NCBI GenBank assembly: GCA_040285745.1
Contig: JAUFOR010000003.1
Coordinates: forward strand, 1,116,001 to 1,180,000
DNA length: 64,000 nt
Direction of reading: 5' to 3'
Source: Barthelona sp. PCE
Taxonomy: Eukaryota
The notes under the pieces were generated by a model that was not told where the DNA came from, did no database searches, and was given only the letters and a program-made list of their open reading frames with translations. Made by a program: the position numbers and the translations under genes. Shown piece by piece: positions 20,545 through 30,848 of this stretch. Each line of letters begins with the position of its first letter. Positions within the stretch are counted from its first letter, which is position 1.

Positions 20545-22743
20545 TTACTCACAATAGAAAACTGTTTCCTCATTAATAGTGATGATAGCACGGTCCTCCA
20601 ATCTTTCCAGAACAGCAGAGGCGTTAGAATGATACCAATTCATGCTCTTTGGCTTCAACCGCAAACGCAGAAACTCTGACAAATCATTGATCTGCATCTT
20701 CTTCTGCATCTTAAGCAGATGTGTGACGATTGCAGTCACCATAGACTCTGTGAATTTGTCAGATAGTTCTCTGGATTGCTTAAAACTCGACACTAATTGA
20801 TAGATGGTTAACTTAGTGCAGTCAGTAGTTGATTCAATACCACCGAAACCACGGTTGATAACCAGATCGTGACCATCCTTCAGCAAGACACCCTCATGTA
20901 TTAACGGTTCGATATGAGAGATGACGAGCTTCTCATCAAGTCGCATGGATTCACAGAGTTGGCTTATCGTTAAAGCATGCTCCAACCCATTGATGTGCAC
21001 GATTATGTGATACTGAAGCATTGTAACAAATAAATTACACTCATTCCATTTAAGCTGAAGACTCCCCAATAAAGGTGTTTCAAAAATAATCTTTTGTGGG
21101 TTTTCTTCCTTAAATTCTGTTAGAAACGCATCAATGTCATCATTAATCTCATCTATAACGAAATCTTCAACGACAATCTCACTAAATAATGTATATACTT
21201 CCTCTACTTCACCAAAACAGTAAATTCTACACGTTGAACGGTAGTGATCAATCTGGTTGCTCATTAGATTGCTGCACAATTTCTGATAACTCATGCAAAG
21301 GTCTCTGTCCAAATCCATCAAAAAGTCAATTACCATTTGCTCAATTTGATGATTGATAATACGACAATTACTGAACCGCAAACAGCCCAGATATGACATG
21401 TGTCTGAAGAAAACTCCACAATGAGTCAAATATTTTGTAAGATGCAAAGTTTTCATAATAAGATCTACTAAAAATTCGTCTTCAACCGTACAAATTCTCA
21501 AAAAATAGTCAATAGTCATAGACAGGCGTGCTGAAATGTGCATAGAAACATCTAAATCAGTAAGCATCTGACAGAATTTCTGAGACCCAAAAATTTCGTC
21601 TAATTTATAGAAAAAATCACTAAAAATAGGAACAAAAGATATTATTAACATTATACCTGACAAAAAATCAGGTGTATTGGTCAAAACAGAGTCATAAACA
21701 TCACATTCAAGAATCAAATCACGAAATGCACCACAACACTCTTGTTCATTACTGAGAACCTGTACTATTTCATCGATAACAACCTCAAAGATGGCGAAAA
21801 GCTGTTGCTGAAGATCTATAGTATTGTAAAAACTGGAAAGCTCCAATAACACAGACATATTATCCTTGTTTAAAAAGTAATAAGGGTCAGTGTATGAATC
21901 CAAAAAGACAGATATGATTGCGTTGGAAAACATTACATCACAAAGGACATCCTTAACTCCTTCAGTTGTGCTGTGATCAAAAACTTGACTAACCAACTGG
22001 ACTTCATTAGAGTATAACTCTTTAACTGAAGAAAGATATGTTTTGAGCTCTGTGTGTTCAACCATGAATACTTCCATTGTTTTCAAGTAAAAATAGTACG
22101 AACTCTCCAAAAATCGTTTCTCACAAAATTCTATTAACAACATTCTTCCATTACCACATGATAATAAAGACTGAACTGTCACCTGGAGATGTGCAGGTAT
22201 ACTCGTTCCTTCGTTACGTACCTTTTCAATAGCTGAATCAAATTGATCACGTAAGATATGTGAAACATCTCCTTGCCAAAAAAACTCCCGAAAAAGGTCA
22301 AAAGCATACTGTAATAATGGAGTTTTGTTCTTCAAAGTGATCCAATTGGATAGGTTTGAACAGATGCTGTTAACAATTGATGTAACATATTCAAAACGAA
22401 GCCAAATTGCTGAGACAGTTACTAACAAGTCGTTATGATTCGTTTCTTCCGATAATTCATCCCTAAGGCCCGCTATATGGTCATTCAGGATGGTCTTCAG
22501 TCCTGAATAGAGCTTTTCACTGTGACCACCAGTGCATAAAGAAAAAACAAGTCGATGTGCATCAACATATGGAATTGCAGCCCTCTTCCCTGTAACTTCA
22601 TCGACATTCGCCGAAGATGAGAGTACCTGCTTAAGCAAAGGTTCAAGAGATACAAAGGTTTCTTTGTAATCGACGTTGGATTGCTGAAGCAAAGGACTCG
22701 CGATGCCCTTGATCTTCACCCGACGCCTAGGTCTCAGAGACAT
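20545..22743 (-). CDS. Divergent cullin-family protein
   Basis: N-terminal cullin repeat (YVDAHRLVFSLC...SEKLYSGLK, IWLRFE), EKRFLESSYYFY, LGSLQLKW...VTMLQYHII, and a C-terminal winged helix (AIVTHLLKMQK...LERLEDRAII...FYCE). Confidence 0.75.
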   Translation of the reverse strand: MSLRPRRRVKIKGIASPLLQQSNVDYKETFVSLEPLLKQVLSSSANVDEVTGKRAAIPYVDAHRLVFSLCTGGHSEKLYSGLKTILNDHIAGLRDELSEETNHNDLLVTVSAIWLRFEYVTSIVNSICSNLSNWITLKNKTPLLQYAFDLFREFFWQGDVSHILRDQFDSAIEKVRNEGTSIPAHLQVTVQSLLSCGNGRMLLIEFCEKRFLESSYYFYLKTMEVFMVEHTELKTYLSSVKELYSNEVQLVSQVFDHSTTEGVKDVLCDVMFSNAIISVFLDSYTDPYYFLNKDNMSVLLELSSFYNTIDLQQQLFAIFEVVIDEIVQVLSNEQECCGAFRDLILECDVYDSVLTNTPDFLSGIMLIISFVPIFSDFFYKLDEIFGSQKFCQMLTDLDVSMHISARLSMTIDYFLRICTVEDEFLVDLIMKTLHLTKYLTHCGVFFRHMSYLGCLRFSNCRIINHQIEQMVIDFLMDLDRDLCMSYQKLCSNLMSNQIDHYRSTCRIYCFGEVEEVYTLFSEIVVEDFVIDEINDDIDAFLTEFKEENPQKIIFETPLLGSLQLKWNECNLFVTMLQYHIIVHINGLEHALTISQLCESMRLDEKLVISHIEPLIHEGVLLKDGHDLVINRGFGGIESTTDCTKLTIYQLVSSFKQSRELSDKFTESMVTAIVTHLLKMQKKMQINDLSEFLRLRLKPKSMNWYHSNASAVLERLEDRAIITINEETVFYCE

Positions 22744-22896
22744 TAGTAAAACGAATACGAATTACTGTAAAAGGTAATGAGAAAAATTGCAGGTACTTCT
22801 TTCAACCGCACTATTATATTCTTCTAAAGGTTGAATGTATCATAACAAATACAAAACCAAGTGAAAAATCGATAAAAATTGCTTGTTTATTATTTT

Positions 22897-23820
22897 CTAT
22901 ATCATATCTAACATTGGTGTAACGATTAAAGATGAATCAACTTCACCAATCTGCCCGAAATCCGTTGTGTATGTCTCTTGAACTTCCTCAGTATTGATCA
23001 TACCTTCTCCTTCCTCAATATTGGGTTGTTTTTCACGAAAAACATCCAGGTTAGCTAAAACACTCGCAAATGTATGAGGAGCACCTGGTGTGATATCATA
23101 ATACATGTTACCCATTTTAAGCTGGACTTTACCGCTCTTTCTCTTGATAACACTACCTAAAAGACCATACTTAGGTCTAATATCATGAAAACCATTTTCA
23201 TATTTTGCTTTATAACTTCTATTCTTAACTGTTTTTTCCTTAAGAGTTTCCTTTTTCTTCTTTTTTGGCTTTTTCTTTCTTTTTCGGAATGGAACTTTTG
23301 AAGGCATTTGTAAAAGAAATAAATTTGCAGAATCATCAAATAATTTTTGACCTGTATCATTCAGTGTACTAAAAGCTGGTGGTGCGTTGTGTTGGATGGG
23401 TGCTGCCCTGTCAATGGTATCAGAAGCTTTGTGAATTTGATCTTCTCCTCTTCCAAATGGAAGACTAATATTACTCACGTTATCAACACCTGCTGAGTTT
23501 CTAATTGCCATCATGTCCAGGTAATTGCCTGCGTCACTCTCTTCTACCACTTCTTGCATTGTTGACTGCTCCGTAGTAGTTACACGACGAAATGCATTAC
23601 GAAGCCCACTGCCTGTCGCTGAGATTCTGTTCTTTTTTCGGAACGATGCTCTCGGCTTCACTGCTATTTCCCTCTCTTTTGGTAAATTTTGCACTGGACC
23701 CAGTCGACTGCTACCTAATGCAGTGCCTCCTTCCTTTTTAATCTTTTTCTTCTTCTTAATGTTGCGCCCCGCCGCTTTCATCTCGCTCTTAAGCGAAAAT
23801 TTTGCTTTTTTTGGTGGCAT
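22897..23820 (-). CDS. RPC4: RNA polymerase III subunit RPC4 (C53/POLR3D)
   Basis: LFLLQMPSKVP and GLLGSVIKRKSGKVQLKMGNMYYDITPG match the RPC4 C-terminal dimerisation domain. Confidence 0.8.
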   Translation of the reverse strand: MPPKKAKFSLKSEMKAAGRNIKKKKKIKKEGGTALGSSRLGPVQNLPKEREIAVKPRASFRKKNRISATGSGLRNAFRRVTTTEQSTMQEVVEESDAGNYLDMMAIRNSAGVDNVSNISLPFGRGEDQIHKASDTIDRAAPIQHNAPPAFSTLNDTGQKLFDDSANLFLLQMPSKVPFRKRKKKPKKKKKETLKEKTVKNRSYKAKYENGFHDIRPKYGLLGSVIKRKSGKVQLKMGNMYYDITPGAPHTFASVLANLDVFREKQPNIEEGEGMINTEEVQETYTTDFGQIGEVDSSLIVTPMLDMI

Positions 23821-24082
23821 TTGATGTGAAAGAAGTCAATAATCGTAATACACGTATTTTATCCGTATCCAAGTATATGAGGGTGACATGTCCCATGACA
23901 TCACATGTAGAAATCGAAAAATGCAGTTGCAGAGAAAGAAATACTTATCTACGCTTATATCATCAATACAGTAATTCTAAGCACTGTGTGAGGACTGAAA
24001 ACATGTATTTACTGTTTTGATGAGTTAAAGTTCTTCAAATTCTGTTTTCTCCAATTTCACCCTTTCACACACTATTTTGGGC

Positions 24083-24493
24083 ATGCGTAAGAAAAAGAAA
24101 CCAAAAATCAACCTCAAAGCTGAGAAAATGACACATTTAACTGCCAAATCAGTTCCAAAACAGCTACAAACTCCAGAAAGAATTGCAGAACTGACGGATA
24201 ATGATTTAAAGCTGTTAAATCGGGGAGTTGTTGCTGACATCATGCTGAATAATCCACATGATACAGCTACAGAAGACGAAAACGTGCCTGAAGAAACCAG
24301 AAAGAAGGTTATAATTCAGAAGAACGCAAAAATCATTTATCCGCGGAACCAAGTGATTTCTAAGCGCGTAACTCAGTTTAGAAAGTCTTTGAAGGAAAGG
24401 AAAAAACCTGCTTGGTTACAGAATACAGTAGAAAAAGAAAGAAAAAACACAAAACAGTTTTACTACAAAAATAGCAATAAGGAAGAAGAGTAG
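24083..24493 (+). CDS. Small basic hypothetical protein
   Basis: 136 aa Lys-rich ORF from ATG 24083, preceded by the recurrent upstream motif. It fills the gap between RPC4 and G6PD. Confidence 0.55.
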   Translation: MRKKKKPKINLKAEKMTHLTAKSVPKQLQTPERIAELTDNDLKLLNRGVVADIMLNNPHDTATEDENVPEETRKKVIIQKNAKIIYPRNQVISKRVTQFRKSLKERKKPAWLQNTVEKERKNTKQFYYKNSNKEEE

Positions 24494-25906
24494 TTACTTT
24501 TCTGTATACCATTCGACACCAAAGCGATCCTTTATGAAAGCATCCTCTCCTTCAACACGAGAGCTACCACCCTTATAATAGTTCATATTAAAGTCATGAT
24601 TCTTCACAAGCACTTGGTCATAAACTCTCCACGACTCTTCAACCTCATATGGGCTCACAAACAGGTCTTGGTTACCATTAATGATATCTAAAAGCATATT
24701 TTCGTAAGCATCAGCAAGATCAGGGTCTTCAACCATATAAGGAAGTGCTTGACGACATGTACCAGTTGCTGAACATCTTCCATTCAGCCACATAGTAATT
24801 TTTTTCTTAGGCTGGATTTCGATTTCAAGGACATTTGGAGGCAAATTTGTACCAATACTGGTTGTTTCAGGTTGTTTAAATACTACCTTAATAACCAACT
24901 TCTTTTCATCCAAGTTCTTGCCTGCTCTGATAATGATAGGAACACCCTCCCATTCTCTGTTGTTTATCTCTAAACCTAGTGTAACAAATGTAGGTGTCTT
25001 GTTACTCTCACCTTCGATGGAAACTGAATCATCTGTATTATAACCCTCATACTGTGCAAAAAAAACGTTTTCTGGAGTAAGTGACTTAATTCTCTTAAGT
25101 ACCTTTAGCTTTTCGTAATGAATACTCTGTGCATCGTCCTTTATAGGCTCTTTCATTGTTAGTAATGTAACAATTTGGGTTAGATGATTCTGAACAACGT
25201 CTGGTAAAACTCCACCAACTCTGTCATAGAAACGGCCTCTGCCCTGAATATCAATTGCTTCACTGAGTGTTATCTGAATTGAATCAACGTGTTTGTTACT
25301 GAACAGATCTGCAAAAATTGCATTACCAAATCTTAAGCTCTGAATACCACTGACAATGTGCTTGAAAAGGTAGTGGTCTACCAAGTATATTTGATCTGGT
25401 GTGAAACTCAACGTCTCTAGTAATTGCACGAATGAGCTCCACGACTGTAGATCTTCACCATGTGGCTTCTCGAGAACTAAGCGAAGTGAGCCATTGGTGG
25501 GATTGCCGCGGTACAGCCCGTCTATGTTTACCAGAGTACCGGGCATAACTTGTGGAGGTAACGAAAAATAATAAATTCTATCTCCACCGTCTTTCTCTTT
25601 CTGACGAAGGAAATAGTCGAGCTCCGCCATATCATCGGACCCATAATAGTCTCCTCTAACGTAATAGACTCTTGCTAAGAAATCTTCAACAATATTCTCA
25701 CAGTCCTGTTCATCAAGAGGACATTTGTTGAGTAGAGTTGTGCGAAGAAGTTCTCTGAATGATTCTGATGTATGCTTTGAACGAGCATATCCGTAGAAAT
25801 ACACGTCATCTGGAAAATAACCCCTTCTAAAGTTGTTAAAAAGGCTTGGAATAACGTACCTTCGGGAGAGATCACCCGATGCACCCAATATAATTATGCT
25901 TAACAT
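24494..25906 (-). CDS. G6PD: Glucose-6-phosphate 1-dehydrogenase (divergent)
   Basis: IIILGASGDL, YGYARS, EKPHG, VDHYLFK, DVVQNHL, WEGVPIIIRAGK, AYENML. Start placed at ATG 25906, immediately before the Rossmann motif. Confidence 0.9.
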   Translation of the reverse strand: MLSIIILGASGDLSRRYVIPSLFNNFRRGYFPDDVYFYGYARSKHTSESFRELLRTTLLNKCPLDEQDCENIVEDFLARVYYVRGDYYGSDDMAELDYFLRQKEKDGGDRIYYFSLPPQVMPGTLVNIDGLYRGNPTNGSLRLVLEKPHGEDLQSWSSFVQLLETLSFTPDQIYLVDHYLFKHIVSGIQSLRFGNAIFADLFSNKHVDSIQITLSEAIDIQGRGRFYDRVGGVLPDVVQNHLTQIVTLLTMKEPIKDDAQSIHYEKLKVLKRIKSLTPENVFFAQYEGYNTDDSVSIEGESNKTPTFVTLGLEINNREWEGVPIIIRAGKNLDEKKLVIKVVFKQPETTSIGTNLPPNVLEIEIQPKKKITMWLNGRCSATGTCRQALPYMVEDPDLADAYENMLLDIINGNQDLFVSPYEVEESWRVYDQVLVKNHDFNMNYYKGGSSRVEGEDAFIKDRFGVEWYTEK

Positions 25907-26345
25907 TGTGATAAGGTGGACAAAAGTAAAACAAAATATTATTTGAGACTTCCAAACATTGGAACAAGTAAATTGCATTTGAGCATATGGTAGTGTGTCA
26001 CGGTGCCCTGAAAGGTTGATATTGACAGTAAAGTCTTTAATCATTAACTTTGTTCTTTATTGATGTCCAAAGCCTAATTTGCTCATACAAAGGTTTAAAT
26101 CATGATCCACTCACATATTAGAGCTACTTTTCCGGAGCTTCCACATATTTACAACGCATAGAAGCGAGATTTAAAACTTTCTTCCTTGAATTTGATAAGC
26201 CAACAATTGACAACATCATAAGGTCAAAGTATCCAATAAGCCTGATCAAACCATGAGAAATAGTAAGGAAAAAAAACTGAGCCATTGTGCGGCGTTATAC
26301 ATTCTCTCACCTATTTTTCAAACTTATACATACAAAACTGCGAAT

Positions 26346-27023
26346 ATGACAGAGGAATCGCTACAATCCAGATTCAAAGCGTTCAGAAAGCAACGAATGA
26401 AAGCTGTTTCAAATAGACAAACTTCAAGCACAAGTTCTGAACCAATTAGAACGCCTGAAGAGGCTGAAGATCTCAGAGCACAGTTTTTGCATCACGCGCA
26501 TAAGTATTGCGGAGTTCCTTACAGTCGAAAGCACCATAAAGACTTCCATGAATCTTTTCCTGGGTTATATTTGGACTGCTGTGGGTTGATTAGGCGTGTT
26601 TTTTGGAAAGACATTGATGCTGGTTTCAACCTGGGACCTTGGAATCAAAAATACTATTTTGAAGCACTAAATGATTACATAATACCTCTCGAACAAGCAA
26701 AACCTGGTGATCTTATTTTTTATAAGGGTGTTCGCACGGGAAAAACAGACCAAACAATAGTACATGTAGAGATACTGTTAGAAAATGAACAGTCGCTTGG
26801 TTCACGTTATTCTGGGGTGGATGTTAGAGAACACTTCTTATTCGATAGCAGCAGTTGGTCCCTGGTTGAATATTACATATGTTCCATTGATTCATGGTTT
26901 TCTGGTATACTAAAGCAGTTTCCCAGAAGTCATAAATATTTCATTCCTTTATTCAGTGAAAAATCAATTTTCTTTGATGAAACAGAGTATGAAGATGCTG
27001 AAAGTGATTGTGAAACAGAGTAA
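26346..27023 (+). CDS. NlpC/P60-family papain-like cysteine hydrolase
   Basis: YCGVPY, LDCCGLIRRV, AKPGDLIFY and HVEI give the NlpC/P60 Cys-His motifs. No signal peptide. Confidence 0.75.
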   Translation: MTEESLQSRFKAFRKQRMKAVSNRQTSSTSSEPIRTPEEAEDLRAQFLHHAHKYCGVPYSRKHHKDFHESFPGLYLDCCGLIRRVFWKDIDAGFNLGPWNQKYYFEALNDYIIPLEQAKPGDLIFYKGVRTGKTDQTIVHVEILLENEQSLGSRYSGVDVREHFLFDSSSWSLVEYYICSIDSWFSGILKQFPRSHKYFIPLFSEKSIFFDETEYEDAESDCETE

Positions 27024-27163
27024 TTTTGAGAATCACTCAACAGATCACAGGAAATCCTTTAAAAACTATTTATTCATGCTTCATTGATATAGATCTATAT
27101 GATCTGAATAATCAGTGACTGAGCATTGAATTTGATTTTGAGTAGATAGTAAAAATCAAAAAA

Positions 27164-28219
27164 TTAAAGATCAAACAACTCTGCAATTTGAGAAGAAATG
27201 CTTCTTTTATCACTTTTAGAAGCTGTGTGTGGTTGTTTAAGTTCTGAACTATTATACAAACTGTTCAAATTTGTCATTTGAGGTTTTTGACTTTTTAACA
27301 TTTCAAATGATGGTGGTTGTTCTCTTTTTTGCTTTTGAGGGGGAGGGATATCAAATGCTATAGGTTTCCTTTTTGGTCGTTGTAAAGTAACCATTGTATC
27401 GTCTACTCTGTTCTTCATCCGCCTTTCTGGGGTGATTGGTGCAGTGTGTGGTCTAACTACCGCATGTTGCTGGACCCGCCTCATCTGTATAGGTGCTGGA
27501 GTTGTATTCGTGGATATCTCAGGCTGTAGCGTATCTGTTTGTGTCTCTATACAAACTTTCATCGACTCCTGGGTTCCCTGTGTCACCATCTGCCTGCGTT
27601 TCGGCGTTATTGGCGGGTTTCCAATTCGATCTAGTGACTGTGTCATATCAGAAGCTGGTGCCAAAGGTGTCATGTGTTGATTTTTCATTTTTACGTTTCT
27701 CAATGTACTAGGCATAGAATGAGATCCAGAAAGAATCCGTTTTGGCGGTGGCAGGTGCTGTAATGTGTTTGGGGTAGAGCTTACTGCTTGTAAAGAAGGG
27801 ACTGATTTATAACTACCCATTTTTGCTTGATAATCATCATCTATCTCTGACTTCAATGACTGTGACACTGTTATAACATTGCCCTTAACGTTGAAAGACA
27901 GTTCATACATGGGGTTAGGTGTTAAAAATGTTACTGTAGCACCGTCCTCAGCATTCTGAAAAATTGCTATATCTTTTATCTCTCCTCCATTAAAATGGAC
28001 TTGATATGTCTTTGGTTCGCCCGCAGATGACTGGATCTCATCTTTTGGTGCCTCCTCAGCCTCTTCCTCAACAGCACTCTCCTCTTCTCCTGATTGTTGT
28101 GAACCTTCTTCATCATATCCCTCACTGTATGCATCATCGTAGTTGCTGTAGGCCCCAGAGTACTCGTCGTAACCCTCTTCACCTGAGTACTCGTCGTATG
28201 GTTCCTCAGAAGAAGACAT
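27164..28219 (-). CDS. Hypothetical low-complexity protein (acidic N-terminus, Pro/Gln/Thr-rich tail)
   Basis: About 351 aa ORF from ATG 28219. Confidence 0.65.
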   Translation of the reverse strand: MSSSEEPYDEYSGEEGYDEYSGAYSNYDDAYSEGYDEEGSQQSGEEESAVEEEAEEAPKDEIQSSAGEPKTYQVHFNGGEIKDIAIFQNAEDGATVTFLTPNPMYELSFNVKGNVITVSQSLKSEIDDDYQAKMGSYKSVPSLQAVSSTPNTLQHLPPPKRILSGSHSMPSTLRNVKMKNQHMTPLAPASDMTQSLDRIGNPPITPKRRQMVTQGTQESMKVCIETQTDTLQPEISTNTTPAPIQMRRVQQHAVVRPHTAPITPERRMKNRVDDTMVTLQRPKRKPIAFDIPPPQKQKREQPPSFEMLKSQKPQMTNLNSLYNSSELKQPHTASKSDKRSISSQIAELFDL

Positions 28220-28480
28220 AGTTAATAAAACACGTTTCACATATTTTCACAGCTGTCCTGAAGTTCACCGTGCACCTTTTGTGTCTGCGCGCATATCTAA
28301 AAAGTTGCAACAAAAAAATACCATGAAGCCTGCGCAAATCCAAAAAAAATACTTTTATTTTATTAACAAGATCAGATCATCTCTTATCGTGATCATGGTC
28401 ATGTAGCTTATTAATATTTACATCACCAACCTCGAAACAATATTATTCAGCAAATAGTGTGCACAAAGACAAACTCCAAC

Positions 28481-28770
28481 GTGTTGCTGAGGTACTACAG
28501 CCGATAGGACTTCGGAGGCTAACTAACTCTGAAGAGCGAATGAATCTCTCTAGATATCGTTCGACTTCTTGTTGCCTCTGGCTGTCTGTTGATGTCTACT
28601 GAGAATAAAGAAGACGAGAAAGAGGTGGAAAACGTAGATTTACGTTTCTTCCCTCTTTTGAGACTTATTATTTTATTTATTTTTAAACTATTGTGGGTGT
28701 AGGTACGAGGTACCTGCGTCCTCAGTAGGCTCGTCTTCTTCTGAATCCCACTCTGAAACTCAGTAAACAC
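28481..28770. ncRNA. Candidate structured non-coding RNA (about 290 nt), family unassigned
   Basis: Intergenic. Terminal complementarity 28481-28491/28759-28770, long hairpin 28497-28585, 11-bp duplex 28608-28618/28730-28740, hairpins about 28619-28658 and 28699-28717. Confidence 0.5.
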
Positions 28771-28771
28771 A

Positions 28772-30651
28772 CTAGCAAGTTTTACTCCTTTGATAGAGTA
28801 ACATGCACTCGAAGTAAGAATCTTGGTCTATACGAATAGAATCATCAACAACTGTGTATTCCGTTATCATAAATTTCTCATTTAACACATCATATTCGTA
28901 ATATTGCGCCTTTTTAGAAGTCACACACAATCTTTTTTCATCGAATTCATCGCTAAAAGCATGCAAACAAATTAGTCCAGCTGACGAAAATCTGAAAATT
29001 CCGTTCTCAAGGACAAATACGGTTTCTGAGAGAAAGCCCAAACATCTACACGGTTCCAAGATAGGGGTAGATTCCCATACGTCTGTTTTATGCCATACGT
29101 GATCTGAAGACACAATCATATCAGTAAAAAACGGGTTTACGCGACAATTACTCGTTGAAAATGGTAACTCCACAACACTCACATCGTCATCATCCCCGCA
29201 TATGTACATATTGCACTCCAATGTTAAAACAACTCTATTTTCAGAAACGTCATGAACAACAAATTGACTATCACAATCACAGATTATATCACAAACACTA
29301 TATGCATTACCTTCATCGGATCTTCTGTGAAAAGAAATGCATCTTAAATATTCATCATCATTCTCAAGCGTTATTTGCTCTAAAAAAACGACATCATTTT
29401 GGAATATAGATAGAACACGATGTTCATCATCTATTGCTGTTGCTCTACAGTCAAACATGGCACATAGTTCACGTTGCTTCCATTTATAATCCCAAAAGTA
29501 CTCATCATCGCCAACACCGAAACAAAAAGAGATGTTCTTATAAAAAATCATGTTTTTCGTCCAAGAAACATTATATACATCATTTTTCACGAATAACATC
29601 TTATTGTGCATGAAATCCAAGAAAAAAAAACCATGTGGCATAAAATAGACAATTCCATCATTAAAAACATAACCAAATTTGGTCAAATTGTAGACAATAG
29701 GCAGCTCTTCAGCCATGTGCACGACGGAATCGCTGTAATATATCACGTTGTTAGAAACAGAAAATACATGCCTGGGTCGAGAAACAAATGAAAATGAGAA
29801 AGGTTCAAAATCTATTACACATGATATTTCAGGAAAACAGCATCTTGTAAACTTAACTACTGGCTCATTTCCTTCCCAAAATAATTCTAAAATCCCTGAT
29901 TTACCAATCAAGAAAAAAACAATCATTCGAAGTACACGACGTTTAACAGAAAATTCCAATAAAAAACATTGTCTAGGCAAATCTACCATTGTTTGCCCAT
30001 TTACCTGAGGAAAAAGTGTCTCTATGTTCATTAATTCAGGCCCTGAATCGGTTATATGAATCAAACTAAATTTTGTATTCATATATAACCACGGAAATAC
30101 AAAAGCTACATCTGAATTTATGGCCGGTACGATCATAGGCATTTCAAAAGGATCAAACAACTCCGTACCAGAATTACTAATGATATTATTAGCAATATTA
30201 TTTTTGTGAAAAAATTTTTTTTCAACAAATACATAATCCCCAATTGGGAAGACATTGGTCAACATCAGATCAATTTCTTCCATGCTAATCCTTTGAATGG
30301 GAGAAGTATTTAACTCAAAAACTATCAAATATGAACGTAAAGCAAATATCAATGCAATTTCCTTTGTTATCATGAAAATATTAATTGTCTCAATTGGTAA
30401 ACAATCGACAATATAAGACGTGACCTCTTTGGTATATATATCAACAAAACAAATTTCAAAACATTGTTAGCCATCACATATAAAGTATGGTCATCCATCC
30501 CTTGACTTTGACATCCATAAGTACTGCAATCTTTAGATTTATCCGTCGTAAATAATCCCAAACATGATTCTGAAACACTAAACTCAAGATTTCCCTCATA
30601 ATTTAAGCTTGTTAGCCCTGTGGGTTCATCAAATGGAATTATTTGAGGCAT
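28772..30651 (-). pseudogene. Beta-rich (propeller-like) protein split by a 1-nt frameshift; paralogue of 31522-33480
   Basis: ORFs 30370-30651 and 28772-30373 join into one 626 aa frame if one base is added near the A4 run at 30458-30461. Shares motifs with 31522-33480. Could be a sequencing error. Confidence 0.65.
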
Positions 30652-30848
30652 GAAAAAGGTAAAAAGTAGTTAAACACACATTATGCTGGAAGATTATTTG
30701 ACTAGTAACTCTTAATTGACATATACGGCCACATTAACATACAATAAACAATATGTAAATGCTTTACCTTTTTGGTCCTCTTTTTGACATACTTTTAGGT
30801 CTTATTTACACCTTTTGGTCATATTTTCTTGCACACCTACACTAACAA

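Noticed and set aside
25907-26044. N-terminal extension of the G6PD ORF
   Set aside because: Non-homologous sequence; the upstream motif sits directly before ATG 25906.
27088-27101. Perfect 14-bp palindrome ATATAGATCTATAT between convergent genes
   Set aside because: Low-complexity AT-rich sequence seen once; no support for a function.
28493-28500. Minus-strand TGTAGTA resembling the U2 branch-pairing sequence
   Set aside because: The flanking U2 sequence (GCTAAGATCAA before, TCTGTTCT after) is absent.
28529-28536. CTGAAGA hammerhead-like core
   Set aside because: No properly placed stem II followed by GAAA and a cleavage triplet.
28519-28770. 83 aa minus-strand ORF
   Set aside because: Non-ATG start, no protein-like features, and it overlaps the structured element.
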